From contig NC_087436.1 of the NCBI RefSeq assembly GCF_036321535.1, forward strand, positions 36,892,001-36,956,000: 64,000 bases of DNA, given 5' to 3'. The translations under genes were made by a program, and so were the position numbers. This DNA comes from Camelus dromedarius. Lineage: Eukaryota. The notes under the pieces were generated by a model. It was not told the origin of the DNA and made no database searches. It worked only from the letters and a program-made list of their open reading frames with translations. This document shows positions 14,100-26,627 of the stretch, one piece after another. Position 1 is the stretch's first letter; each line of letters opens with the position of its first letter.

Positions 14100-14580
14100 C
14101 TGCTGTTCGTGGGGTTGACCCCACACCCAACCCCAATTTCAGGAGTGGACATGTGGTATAAGCCTAGCCTCTTGGGAAAGCCCAGTCCTGCAGGCTCAGT
14201 GGTTATTTCAGAAATGGACACCTTATTTCGCCATTGCATTAAGTAAAATATAGCTCCAGGATATGCACAAGAGGAGCTGGGAAGGTGGTGCCCACTGTTT
14301 GCTGGAGTCCATGGACTGACAGGATGTAAGCCTGGAGCTGCTGGCTGCCACTTCCCTCATGACTTGGTCAGAAGCTGTCAGCGACGTGGTTAGCAGTGAG
14401 ATCAGCAGAGCTGAGAAGTGGAGAGAGATCTCTAATGACAGGATTTGAGTGTCCGGGTTCAGATGAGCTTAAACTCTTACCCAGACTTTCAATTATGAGG
14501 ACCAACAAATTTCCTTTTTGGTGTAAATTGATTTGGTTTCATCCGGTCACTTTTAATCTAAAGAGATCTGACTGATGCAT
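14100..14580 (+). mobile_element. MLT1K-like MaLR LTR
   Basis: GATGTAAGCCTGGAGCTGCTGGC.GCCA...GCAGAGCTGAGA.GTGGAGAGAGA...ACTTTCAATTATGAG..CCAACAAATT.CC...CTGACTGATGCA. Confidence 0.65.
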
Positions 14581-15029
14581 AGTGCTACTACCAGAAAATG
14601 TGTCATATTATTTTCAGCCACTTTTTAGGAAGAGATGTGTTTTCAAGGAAATTTCATTTGCTGTCTTTCCAACTGTTTAATATCGACTTAAGAAAAATAA
14701 GAGATAATGAGTGTGACCTGCTCTTGCACATGTGCTCTCTCACTGGCCAGGTCCAATCAGGTGCAGGGGATTCAGCCAATCAGAACTGAGCAGGATTTAA
14801 TCATACTGGATTTCTTTGGAACTTCTAATATTGCTGACAATCCTTCCTTCTTAGAACAATCTTTTCCTTTGACACTTTGCCCCCTAAGGCCTCTAAGACA
14901 CACCTTCTTTTGCTTATCTTTATTTTTCCCCAACTTATTCTTTCTTTTTGAGACTACTCTTCTCATTTCAGTGATTCTACGGAGTCATCTTAACCATTTC
15001 CATGGCTTTGACCTACAGCCTCCATACCA

Positions 15030-15493
<464 letters not shown>

Positions 15494-16494
15494 AGAGCCA
15501 ATAAAGTTACCCATTGGAAAGCAACTAAAGAGAGCTTGAGGAGGCCTTTCTGGAGGAAGGGGTTTCCTGAGCTTTCCCTGCAGAGGAAATCATTGCCATA
15601 GACATAGACATAGAAATCATCTCCCCATAGACAATGAAACAGAGACATCTGTGTCCAAGTCAGAGAGTGAGGAGCATTTAAGACAATGTCTGGTCTAATA
15701 TGATCCATATCCTTCTGAGACTCTGAACTGAGAGAAGGCAGAGATGATAGGGAAGTTTTCACCCACCAAATTGTAATATAAATGGCATCTCCATCCACAG
15801 AGAGGCACTCACAGGATCAGACATGTTTATAGTTCATTCCGTTTCGTTCACTGGCACAGAAGAGAGTACATAATGCAGTCATTTTATCAAAAGGTTCTAA
15901 TGTAAGAAATTACATGGTGAACATCCCTGAATTCCTATGAATGGAGTAATGGCTTCATGGAAGAAAGAGTTTCTAGAATTATGATGAATGGTGAAAGATT
16001 GAGACATTCTGTAAATGGGTACATATGTAAATTTTTAAAGTTACCTGAACTAAGGCATCTTGGTCTTTAAAATTTGTGGAGGGGCATTGTTTGTCCAAAC
16101 ATAGAAGTAATGTGCTGTATATCCAAGTGATTTTGGCAGTTACATTGTCAAATCTGGTCTAATTATTCTTTATTTTTCTTGGATTAAGGTGCACTTTTAA
16201 TTTGCTCATTTTAAAAAGAATATGCTATAGAATAGACTTTTTCTCACATAAAAATGGCCTATTTTTCATTTGTGGGTTATTAGGAATGAGTCAAAGATGA
16301 TATTTTAGTGAAAAACTTGAATACATTCATTAATTCATTGAAAATGATATTGTTTGATTTATGATGGTAAATACTAAAATATGGAGCTTATGTTTTATTA
16401 AAAGAGAAAATAACAACAATAAAAAATAAATAAGGCCATCTTTGAAAGTGGTAAATGCCCTAAAGGAAATAAATAAGATGGTATGAAAATACAT

Positions 16495-16710
16495 ACTAAT
16501 AATGGTTAACATTTATCAAATACTTAACTATGTGCCAGCTTTTCACATTCTTGACATGTAATCCTGTAGTGCAGGTACTATTATTATCCCTGTTTTACGG
16601 ATGAGAAAACTGAGGTTCATGGAGCTTAAATAATTTATCCAAAGTCACACAACTACAAAGTAACAAAGTGAGAATTTGAAGCAGATTCGTGTGTAACAGT
16701 GGGCTATGAT
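16495..16710 (-). mobile_element. MIR SINE
   Basis: GGTACTATTATTATCCC..TTTTAC.GATGAG.AAACTGAGG...TTAA.TAA.TT..CCAA.GTCACACA. Confidence 0.78.
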
Positions 16711-18257
16711 ATTTGAATCAATAGTCCTGCTGGAAACAACCAAAACACTTAAAAGAAACCTCTTCTTAAAATCATTAAAAAGATAAGACAGTTTTTGAAA
16801 AGACCAAGCATGGAGGGAAAATGAGAACTTTGGAAGGTAATGGACACAGAAAGGAGGTGGGCAAAGAAACAGCTTTTGACCTGAAGTCATTTCCCAGTCT
16901 GGTTAAGTCAGAAGCTTCATTCTGATGGCCTTGTTGGACAAGGGAGATGACACAGTGGAGAATCTAGTAGAAGACCCTCCTTTCAATAAACTGGGAACCC
17001 TCCTCCAAAAGGCTGCACATTCAGGATAGGCACGAATCAGAAGGGAAACAGCCCAAAAGAAAATTAAAACCTCTGATTTAATTGTTATCTCAAGACTTAA
17101 ACTTACAGTTTAAATGGAAATGCTCCCAGAAGCCTAGCAAAAGCAGAAAAAAATTCTCTGGAGTTGAGTACCTTCATCTGGGTCTCAAACTGTTTCCACA
17201 AATAATTTTCAAATATAGTGCTCTACATATGAAGAAAATGAGGAATATAAAGAAACTAGACTTACGACCCCAAAAGACTCCAGAGGCAGACAGTAAAAGA
17301 ACTATGCTGACTTTGTTAAAATAAATAAAAGATAAGCTTGAAGACATCGGTAGGAAATAGAAAACTATTAAGTGGCTGCCTTGTAAAGAAGGAACTTAAG
17401 GTGGAAAATGGTAGAGACAACAATTAAAAGGCCATCGTAAGAGTCTGCACAAGGGTTATTATTTAAAGACTATGATGTATAGTTATCAACCAAAATAACG
17501 GACTTGTCTTGGCCACATCTTAACACTATATTCAAAGCTTAGATGAAGTTTTAAAACTATCTATCAAATCTGTGGGTAACGCGCAGTTAAGAACAAAGGA
17601 GACGACTTGAGGTGATTATTTAGTACCCAGGAAGATATCATCTTCTTGGTGTGAACAAATAAAATAAACTGAAATTAAGCAGAGTAAATGTAACATCGGA
17701 ATGACAGGCCTTCATACAGCTCATATAAGACAAGAAAGAAAGATTTTCTTTGACAGTGAGTCCAAGATGAGTAAACAGTGATTTCAATAGTGGGTTTATT
17801 AATTACTGTAAGTGATGATACCACGTTTCTTTTACTACTTAAAGCAAACCTTAAAGTTAAGGTCAGTTATGGGCACCTTGCCGAGAAAATGAAGACAAAG
17901 GTGATGAGCAAGGACACACCACCGTATCATGTTAAGGGTTTTGGAAGAGCTGGGAATATTTAACATTGATAATCGAATCTTATTCCACCAATATTTGCTG
18001 AACATTTTCTTTATGCCAAGGATTATAGGCACAGGAGATACAAGAAAACAGGATTGGTTCCCAGTCTCAGAAAGTTCATAGTTTCATTACAGTGTAAACA
18101 AGAATAGAAGATTAGAAATAAAAAGCATAGCTGTGTTAAAATCATTTAAGATTTATTTATGTGGAAGAAAAAATGGACGTGACACCTAGCTAAGAGTCAG
18201 GACCTATGAATCAAATATTTAACTTACTAAAATGAACTATTTCCTAAACATTATAAT

Positions 18258-18420
18258 TTCCTCAAGATGGAATGGACTGTCATTTATAGTAGTGAGTTTT
18301 CTGTCATCTGGACCATTTAAACATAAGCTAGACATGCACTTGGAGGAGATTCACAGTAGAATATAAGGTTGAACTGTGTGATTTTTAAAAAGATTCTTCA
18401 CACCCTGGGAATCTATTATT
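18258..18420 (+). mobile_element. L3/CR1 3' end fragment
   Basis: GATGGAATGGACTG.C...AGTAGTGAG....CTGTCA.CTGGA...TTTAA.CA.AAGCT.GA. Confidence 0.5.
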
Positions 18421-18425
18421 CAATG

Positions 18426-18958
18426 TGTATTGGTTGTCTATCACTGACTAACAAATTACCACAAGCTTGGTGGCTTAAAACAATACACATTCATTATGTC
18501 ACAGTTTCTGTAAGTCAGGGGTGGTTCAGCTGGGTTCTCTGCTTCCAGTCTCTTACAGGGCTACAACTAAGGTTTGCCCAGGGCTGGGGTCCCATGCGAA
18601 TATTTGACTGAGAAAGGATCAAGTTATTGGCAAAATTTCAGTTCTTCGAGGGTTATTGGACTGAGGGCTGTTGGCCATAGGTCACCCTCATTTCCTTACC
18701 ACGTGGACCTCTCCAACATGGGAACTTGTGTTATCAGAGTCTGGAAGGAGAGAAGACTCTCTCCTGTTGACAAGACAGGAGTCACTCTCTTATGTAACCT
18801 GATCATGGAAGTGACATTCCATCTTCTTTGCCATATTCTATTGGTTAGAAACAAATCATAGCTCCTTCTCACATTCAAGGCGAGGGGATTATACTCAGGC
18901 ATAACTACCAGGAAGTGGGCATCTCTGGAGGCCAAGTCAGAAACTACCTGTGTTGCAC
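18426..18958 (-). mobile_element. MLT1E-like MaLR LTR
   Basis: TAACAAATTACCACAAGCTTGGTGGCTTAAAACAA...CACAGTTTCTGT...CATATTCTATTGGTTAGAA.CAA.TCA...CACATTCAAGG.GAGGGGATTA. Confidence 0.78.
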
Positions 18959-19124
18959 TAGGAATAAATAAAAGGTGTGTTTGAGGAGATAGAAAAATTG
19001 TGAGTCATCAAGTAAAGAATAAAGGGATTGAGAAATAGAAGTAAAAATCCAACCAGAATTTAGCAATCTATGATGTGACGTTCTTTAGGACAAAATCTGT
19101 TATGTTGGAAATTTTGCTCTGAAC

Positions 19125-19460
19125 AGAGAGTTATAACTAATACCAAAAACTGACAAATGTATCACAAAAAGAAAGCCATACTCCATTCATATACAGATGA
19201 AATCTTAATACCAGCAAAGAGATCAATCAGTGTAGTAAAAGGACTATAACCACAATAAAGTAAAGTACTTCCCAGGCAGGCAAAGAAGTTTCAATGTTAG
19301 AAAATCTATTAAGATAATCAATCCTATGATTCAAAGAAGAATTCCAAACCATGACCATCTTCACATATGCAGAAAAGGGGGGGGGTGGCATTTAATAAAA
19401 TGAAACATTCAGTCCCAAATAAAAAATCTTGATAAAATAGGAATAAGAAAGATACCTTAA
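19125..19460 (+). mobile_element. Old L1M ORF2 (RT region) fragment
   Basis: ATACCAAAAACTGACAAA...TTCAATGTTAGAAAATCTATT...ATATGCAGAAAAG...GCATTTAATAAAAT resembles decayed L1 ORF2. Confidence 0.65.
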
Positions 19461-19495
19461 TAAACGTTTTAAAGTGTTAGAAGAACAGTAGCTAG

Positions 19496-19988
19496 TGTGG
19501 TAGACTGGCCACTGACTGTCTGCATTCACAGCCTGCCTGTCTTCATGCCTTTTTAATATGACTCTGCCTCTCCCCCCATCAAGAGGTAGTGTCTACTTCC
19601 CACGTCTTGAATCTGAGTTGGCCTTTTGACTTGCTTAGGCTAACAGAACATGGCAGAGTGAGCCTGTGTCAGTTTTAAGTCTAGTCCCCAAGAACCCTTG
19701 CATGCTTCCACTTCCTCTCTGGGACCTCTGCCTCCAGCTTGAGCACAAACTCTGGCCAGCTGGCTGGAGGATGATAAATCATATGAGGGAGAGCCAAGAG
19801 GTGCCAGCCAAGCCCTGGAAGAAGAGTTACCACGCCATCACATGGCTGCATGTGGACACACGAGGGAGCCCAGGTGAGACCAGCCTAAACTGCCAGCTTG
19901 ATTTGTGGTATTAGGAACTAAATAAATGGTTGTTTGAAACCATGAAGTTTTGAGGTCCTTTGTTATGCAACAGGAGCTCATTGATACA
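19496..19988 (+). mobile_element. MLT1F/H-like MaLR LTR
   Basis: TGTGGTAGAC...CCCATCAAGAGGT...CTTGAATCTG...TGACTTGCTT...AATAAATGGTTGTTT...TTTGTTATGCA...TGATACA. Confidence 0.78.
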
Positions 19989-20831
19989 GCAAGCAAGTCC
20001 GTGAAAATCCTTAATTGACTGTCTTGGTTTTCGGAAGTGATAACTTCTGGCTACTTCATCCCTCCATTCAAAAGAATGGAAGGAAGGAAGAAGGCAGGGA
20101 GGAAAGGATGGAGGGAGAAGGGAGTTCAGGTTACACCCAATTCACTATTACATTATATTTCTGAATGGTGACAAAGGGAAACATAATGAAATGTTTAATC
20201 TATATAGTTAAGAGATTTTATTAGCGATTTTTAGATCAAACTTAGGATGGCTCCTCATCTCATGAAGTTATTTCTAAGAATGCTTTGATGTACTTAAAGG
20301 ACAGTTGGCTTGGATGAGAATTTTAGCTAGTTTATCCTTTTTCCCTTACTCACAGCTTGAAAGTCAGATTAATGATAATTACTTGGGCTTCTTATTCATG
20401 TTTTGCTTTTGCCAAGATGATTCCTATAAGCTAAATCACGGTGGAGACAGAGAATTTCCAGAGACATAATATTGCCTTCATGTTTTGGTTCAAAATCCAC
20501 CTACCTCAAACACGTTCTTATGAAAGTTGAGCACTTTTCCCCCTTGTTGTGCAATTAAATTATAACCCTCATATTTCCATGTCCTTTCGGAAATTTTCCA
20601 GCAAACGATGGCATTGGAAGCATAGCTTGGGGGATACTATCTCCTTGCTACTTACTGATTTTCATTTGTATTACATGTTACTCATTGTTATGCATTAAAT
20701 ACTACTTCTTTTCCTTTGCTGGTGCTCTGCAGGATTGGTTACAAAGTAAAATATAACTCAAATATTCAAGATTATCCTTTGAGGACTAGCTAGTTGTTCT
20801 AACTACTATATGCCATAAAAACAGACCTCTC

Positions 20832-20985
20832 GGGGAAAGGGTATAGCTCAGTGGTAGAGTGCATGGTTAGCATGCACGGTCCTGGGTTCAATCCCCAGCA
20901 CCTCCATTAAAAATAAATAAATAAATAAATCTAATGATTCCCCCAAAAAGGGAAAAAAATTATTAAAAAAAAAACTTAAAAAAAA
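20832..20985 (+). mobile_element. tRNA-Ala-derived SINE (Vic-1-like, camelid)
   Basis: GGGGAAAGGGTATAGCTCAGTGGTAGAG...GGTTCAATCCCCAGCACCTCCA head with A and B boxes, then (TAAA)n, CTAAT..CCCC and an A-rich tail; degenerate TSD. Confidence 0.9.
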
Positions 20986-22149
20986 ATTAGAGCTCTAGCT
21001 TAGAGTGCAAAAAGCAATGTAACTCTGACAAAATTAAACAACCAAAGTCATGATTAAATAATCATTATGATCTCTAGACTTTTCTTGAGGAAGAAGCGAT
21101 GGGCCTTGGGGATTCTTCATAGTCCTCATAATGTCCTTGAGTCCAACATAGTTGAAGGAGATGAGCAAATTGAATCTGTTTAGAATCTCTGGAACTGAGA
21201 TCTTCCTCTAAATTTAATTCCAACTCTTGAGTCAAATCCTATAAATGAGTGAACCAAAGAGTCCTCAAGAGTAAACATTCTTCCCTCTTTATTTTTTCTT
21301 TCCTCTGAAGATCTATTTATTTTTCAACTACCTGAGTGCAAGATGGCTCTCCTGGCATAAAAGCTTTTAAAATTCTACCACTGCTTAGGATTTCTCTCAT
21401 CTTAGGTCTTCTCTGTTTGCTACAGTCTTTTCCCGCTATTTATCTTATAGCAGGAGCAATTAGTATGATCATGACACTAGGCTCTATGACAGAGTTTATG
21501 GTCTTCCCTCCAGAAGAGAGATATTGAAGCTGTTCTTTGAAAAACATTACTTTAAAAGGTATTGTTACCTCTGTTATCATCAAGAAAGCTTTTTGGCAGC
21601 CTTTCCTTAAGAACTACGTTTGCAATCCCTCCTCTTTAATAGTAAAGAGAATTATGCTTTGGTGTCAAGTTCCAAGCTCAGTTTTCCTGCTTAGAAAATG
21701 AATGCACTCAAGCCAATAAACTGAATTCTGAAAAACTGTAAAAAAATACATCCTTAATTGCTTGGCAATCAGAGACTCAGCTCTGGCAGGTTCTGATAGC
21801 GAGCTGGGAGGGCAATGAAGGTGCAAAGAGCTCTCAACACACTTTTCTTTTCCTCTCCTGTCATTGGAACACACACTTGCTTGGTCAAAAGCAGTACTAC
21901 TGTTAACCCCAGGAGACAGAGGAGTCTGTTTGCAGGCAGATTCTTTTCACATGTACCCCTTCATCACTTTGTTTTTTGCTTGTTTCATTTTGTTACAAAT
22001 ATGCTCTCAAAATAGCTTGTAAATTGGGAATCATTTCACTAGCAAGATGGTTCTGCAGAAAACATAACACGATGTGAAATAATTTTCAACCTCTGGGACC
22101 AGCTTTCCTGACAATGATCCAGTTCCTCTTAATCATGCACTACTCACAC

Positions 22150-22690
22150 CCAATCAGAGATCAACTCCTGTCAAGCTCTCCTCCATAAATTCCCCCACTC
22201 CTCTACAGTCTACAACCGTGATCCTAATTCACTTCCTTTCCTCTGCCCTCTGTTCTCTTACTTTGGGCTCTAATTTGGTCTCCCCATGTCCTGTGTTCCC
22301 CTTTCCTGTCCATTCTGATTCTAATCATCTTGAAGACCACTTCATTTTTCATCAATGACACGTTTAAAAGGCTTTTCTTGTTGTCCATTACCTACAGGAT
22401 AAGATCCAAACCTCTTCTTTGGCATTCACAACACTCCTCCGTCTTGACACAGCTTCTCTCTCCCACTCCCTTCAGCCCTCCGCACTCTCACACATCCCAT
22501 GGCAGTGTCAGCTTGATCACCTCCTTCTGTGCTGTGTCCACTCTTCTCTTTCCTGCCCCTCTGCCTCAGCACGTTCAGTTCCCTTTAACTGAAATATCTT
22601 TCTTAACACTGCTAGTGTAAAGGCTATCTTTCCTTCTCAGGTCAAATCTGATGCCTCCTTATTCACAAAATTTCCCTTATATCCCCATGT
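22150..22690 (+). mobile_element. L2 LINE fragment
   Basis: CCATTACCTACAGGATAAGATCCAAAC.TCTT...TGGCATTCA; pyrimidine-rich + strand. Confidence 0.55.
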
Positions 22691-23589
22691 AAATGAGCCT
22701 GATCTAGCCCACTTCCCCAGCTTGAGTGGGAGAAAGAACTACTGTTCCTTTCATTTTCATTTTACGTCAATCTGAGGCTCTACCTTAGAGAACAGCCTTC
22801 CCGTTGGAGAGCCCTCCCTCCATGGTAATTCCAGTAACCCTGAGGCAAGCTTTCTCAGTTCCTGTGGGTAATGTTAATTACTCTTATCTCCTGGAGGGGT
22901 TGGACACACAGAAAACCTGCTTTCTCAGCCAAGGGGCCCTTTCCTGTCACGCTCATTGCTCTCATTATCATACTAAGGTGTTGGGAAAACACCAAGAGTC
23001 TGGTTATCCCTGTGCCACACTTCGTGTCCATTATTTGAGAATCTTCATCATCTTGGACATGTACTACCACCCAGATCTGGCAACTTACCAGCAGGCGCAA
23101 CCCCTGTTCCCTGAAGAAATTCCCTTGGGCTACCTAGGATTACACCACTGCTGTTGCCCTGACCATCATTCCCGCCACAGGGTGGGCAGAAGAAAAGCCT
23201 CTCTACTGGGCAGGCACGCAGAGCTGCCTTCATCCCCTGCCACCCAGAACGTCGCTGTTCTTCAGTCACTCGGTTCCTCAAGTCTACAGCAATGTATCCA
23301 AAGAGCCTTTGCCCAGGGCACTGTGAGCAGTGCCAGAATAGTGTGTTCTTGACGGATTTTCACCTCAGCCCCATGCTCTAGCTGGAGCCCTCCATCCCAT
23401 GCCACCCCACCCCTGGCTGCCTGTCTTGCATCTCATTCCCATGATGAAGCTTCACGCCACTCTCCATTCAGTTAAATGTGCCTTCCAAGTAACCATCCAA
23501 GTCCTAAGGAGATGTGTTGGTTAAAATGCCCTTAGTTTTAATTATCAAAAAAAAAAAAAAAAAAAAAAAAAAAGCCCAAAGATGAAAAA

Positions 23590-24065
23590 ACAAGAAAAAC
23601 CTCAAACTGGATTAAACAAGAATGAGATTTGCTGAATAACATAACTGGAAACTCAGAGGTAGGACAGGCTTAAGGATGAGTTAACCCTGTAGATCCGCCT
23701 GCTTCCTTGTGATTCTTAGCTCTGTCATCTTCCTCGTATTGACTTCATCCTCAGGCCTGGTAATGGGGTATCCTTAGAGGTCTGAGTCTCACATCTGCAC
23801 ATGACAACATCCAGAGTAAGAGTTAGGGGGTCACTTCTGCAAGCATTCCTGGAGTAGTGGGCAAAAAAATTCCTGGGAGCCCCAGGAAGCCTCTCCTCAG
23901 TTCTCATTGGTCAAAATCCCATTCCTCAGCCAATCACTGGCAGAAGGAGCACGATTACCAATCCAGCTCACCCCACCATGAGTCACATGGGTTGCACAGG
24001 GCACTGGAACAAAAGTGGGGTCTGTTAGGAATGTCAGTAAAGAATGCTGAACAGGCATCCTCCAG
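23590..24065 (-). mobile_element. MLT1J-like MaLR LTR
   Basis: TCAAACTGGATTAAACAA...CATAACTGGAAA.TC.AGAGGTAGG...CTCATTGGTC...CCAATCACTGGC. Confidence 0.65.
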
Positions 24066-24199
24066 AGAGAAATTTCACGCATGCCCCTTAATAGCTGCCT
24101 TCTTTCCAAACTGGAGATATGGAAAACATCTCATACATGTTGATTAAAATCTTAGACACTGCAATATTACTTATTTTTTAAGAAAGCTTTTAGAATCTT

Positions 24200-24475
24200 A
24201 CAAGCATCATATCAAGCAAAAGAAGACAGACACAAAAGAGAATACGCACTGTATCATTCCATTTATATAAAGTTCAGGCAACACTTTACTGTGTTAGAAA
24301 TAAGAGGGGTTAATGACTGGAAAGGGGCATGAAGAGGAATTCTGAGGTAATGTTCTGTTTCTTGATTTCTGCTAGTTACAGCATGACTTTAAATTGTGAT
24401 TCATCCAGGTGTCTGTATATGATTTATGCACTTTTTGAAATGCATGTTTTACTTCAATTAAAAAGGTAAAAATTA
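24200..24475 (+). mobile_element. L1ME-type 3' end fragment
   Basis: CAGACACAAAAGAG..TAC..ACTGTAT.ATTCCATTTATATAAAGTTC...GACTGGAAAGGGGCATGA...TACTTCAATTAAAAA. Confidence 0.7.
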
Positions 24476-25890
24476 CAAAATGAAACTATAGTGCGAAGTG
24501 TTGTGCAGGTATTACAGATACTGAGATAAACAAAATCTCTTCAAAATTCAAAGAAGTCATGATCGGAGGATTCATATAGGTCCATAATCCATTATTATAC
24601 AGTGTTAGGAAACTTTCTATGATATGGGGCATCAAATCCAAGGTTGGGGAAGGCTATCCAAAGAGGATGACATGGAAGTGGAAACAAACAAAATCTGTGG
24701 GTATGACTTTGCCTGGTGAGGGACGAAGGGCTGCTGTGACTGCAGAGATAACAGGCTACCTGAGACTAGGTTAGTCTGACTGGGTCTGAGTGTTTGAGAA
24801 GAGCAAACGTAAAAGCTGGAGAGGTCAACACAGGCCTTCTAGGTCACGTTAAGGAGGTAGACTTTATCCCATGGGCAAAGGAAAGATGGAAACATCTCTG
24901 ATCCGTCACTCTCAGCACCCGGAGTGAAGGGACTTCGACTTGTGTGTCTAGGAGATTGGAAACAACCTCCATGAAGATGGTGAGAGGCCTCAGAGCTTGG
25001 CTGAAAGGAATGTGTGGGAAGCTAACTGGCCTACAAGACAGATGACCTAGAGTCTTGCCCCAGTTCTCCTACAATCTGTGCCCTTACGCTAGGGGGAACA
25101 GGGAAGGGAAAGAACACTTTCTGAATAGATCCACTCCTTAGGCTTAGGAATCTCTCCAGGCATAACAGAAAGTAGGCAAGTTCATCTCCCAGGACCAGAG
25201 GAGGATGAGTACGGAGGCCACTGTACAAACAAAGGCATCGAGGCACTAGGTGTGGTCATGCAAAGTGACCCGACTCAGAAGCAGGAGTGTGGTGAGGGGA
25301 GGATGCTGGATGAGTGAGAAGTAGCAGGATAGGAGTTGCAAAGGTATCTTAGGGCGGAGTTCAGTCCTGGAAGGATAGCAGACTAGTTCCTCTGAATGGC
25401 TCTCCACGATCACACTGCCAATTCCTTAAAACATTTTAAAAAGCATGCTTTTAAGAGAATTGCTCACCTCACAAGAAATCGAGAGAAATAGCTTAGGGCC
25501 AACTTATTCAAGTGATGGAGAGGATGATGAGGGAGACGGAAAATGCAGGTTTGTAAGGGAATTGGCCAGCTGAGTGACCTTCGAGAAGTCAGTTGGATCC
25601 TTTATCTCTCATTTTCCTTACGTGTGAAATGAGGGTGTGGGGCAAGGAGATCTCTAAGACCCCGGCTCTGATGCTCTCACTGTCTGGCAGCAGCGTGCTT
25701 TTCCTTCCAAGCCCTCAATTCACACAACTAACATTTACCACTCAGATCTCCAAGAGGCAGAGAGGACCTTTGGAAAGATCATAGAATTTCCTTCTTCTAT
25801 TCTTGTTGTCCTCTGGAAATGTAGACCCTAATAAATTATTCAGGACTTTAAAATTTTCTGGTAAAAATTAACATCAAGAATATTCAGCTT

Positions 25891-26627
25891 TTGTCACAAA
25901 GGTGCTTCATCTTTAAGATTCATAGGAACGTTATAGGAGTGGTTACAACAATTTCACATCATAATGATGGTTATGCAAGGATTCCAGCCCATACCACCCT
26001 CTGACTCAAAAACAAGAAGGTGTCCTGTCCCTGGGGCCCCTAGATTAGGCATTCAGAGATTTTTACTCCCTGACAGGCAGGGTCAACGCCCCTACTCAGC
26101 CCTGAAGTAGCTACGGAAGACAGACTTTCACCCTTCTGCACCCCAACAAGACTATGGGAGTAAAATCTCTGAGAGGCGAATGAGATAGGAAGGAAGGGGG
26201 CAGGGCACAGCCATTCCAGGAATGACACAGCAATTAACACCAAAGTGGCAGAAAATTTAACTCCCAACAGACCTTGAGGCCCAAGATAGTGGGAGATTTG
26301 ACTTCCAGTAGACTTTGAGCTTCATTATGTGCTCATTGTAATATATTAGCATGGTGAATGGCACTCCCACCGGCACCATGACAGTTCTGAGACTAACTGT
26401 GCCAGGCCAAAAAGTGGGCAGTGGCTAAATTCCTGGGAATTCCCGCCCCTTCCCCAAAGTAGTTGGAATAATCCTCCCACGTGTTAGCATATGAAATTAC
26501 AGACAGAGCTCATAAAAATTAACTCCCACACCTCGTGGCCACTCTCCCTTCTGAGTGAGATAGCCTGCACTCTGTCCATGGGTTATGTATCTTTCCGAAT
26601 ATATCAACGTTAACTCAAAAGAGACAA
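25891..26627 (+). mobile_element. ERV1 (MER41-like) 3' fragment: env C-terminal remnant, PPT-like stretch, LTR U3-R from 26181, A-tail remnant; processed (L1-type) insertion
   Basis: From 25943 translates LQQFHIIMMVMQGFQPIPPSD, resembling an ERV1 env cytoplasmic tail. LTR starts TGAGATAGGA at 26181 and contains CACTCCCACCGGCACCATGACAGTT and AATAATCCTCCCACGTGTTAGCATAT, resembling MER41. Flanked by a 15-bp direct repeat. Confidence 0.8.

Noticed and set aside
22804..23352. 182-aa ORF
   Set aside because: TTG start, no recognisable domain, no splice or pseudogene hallmarks; chance ORF or unrecognised old repeat.
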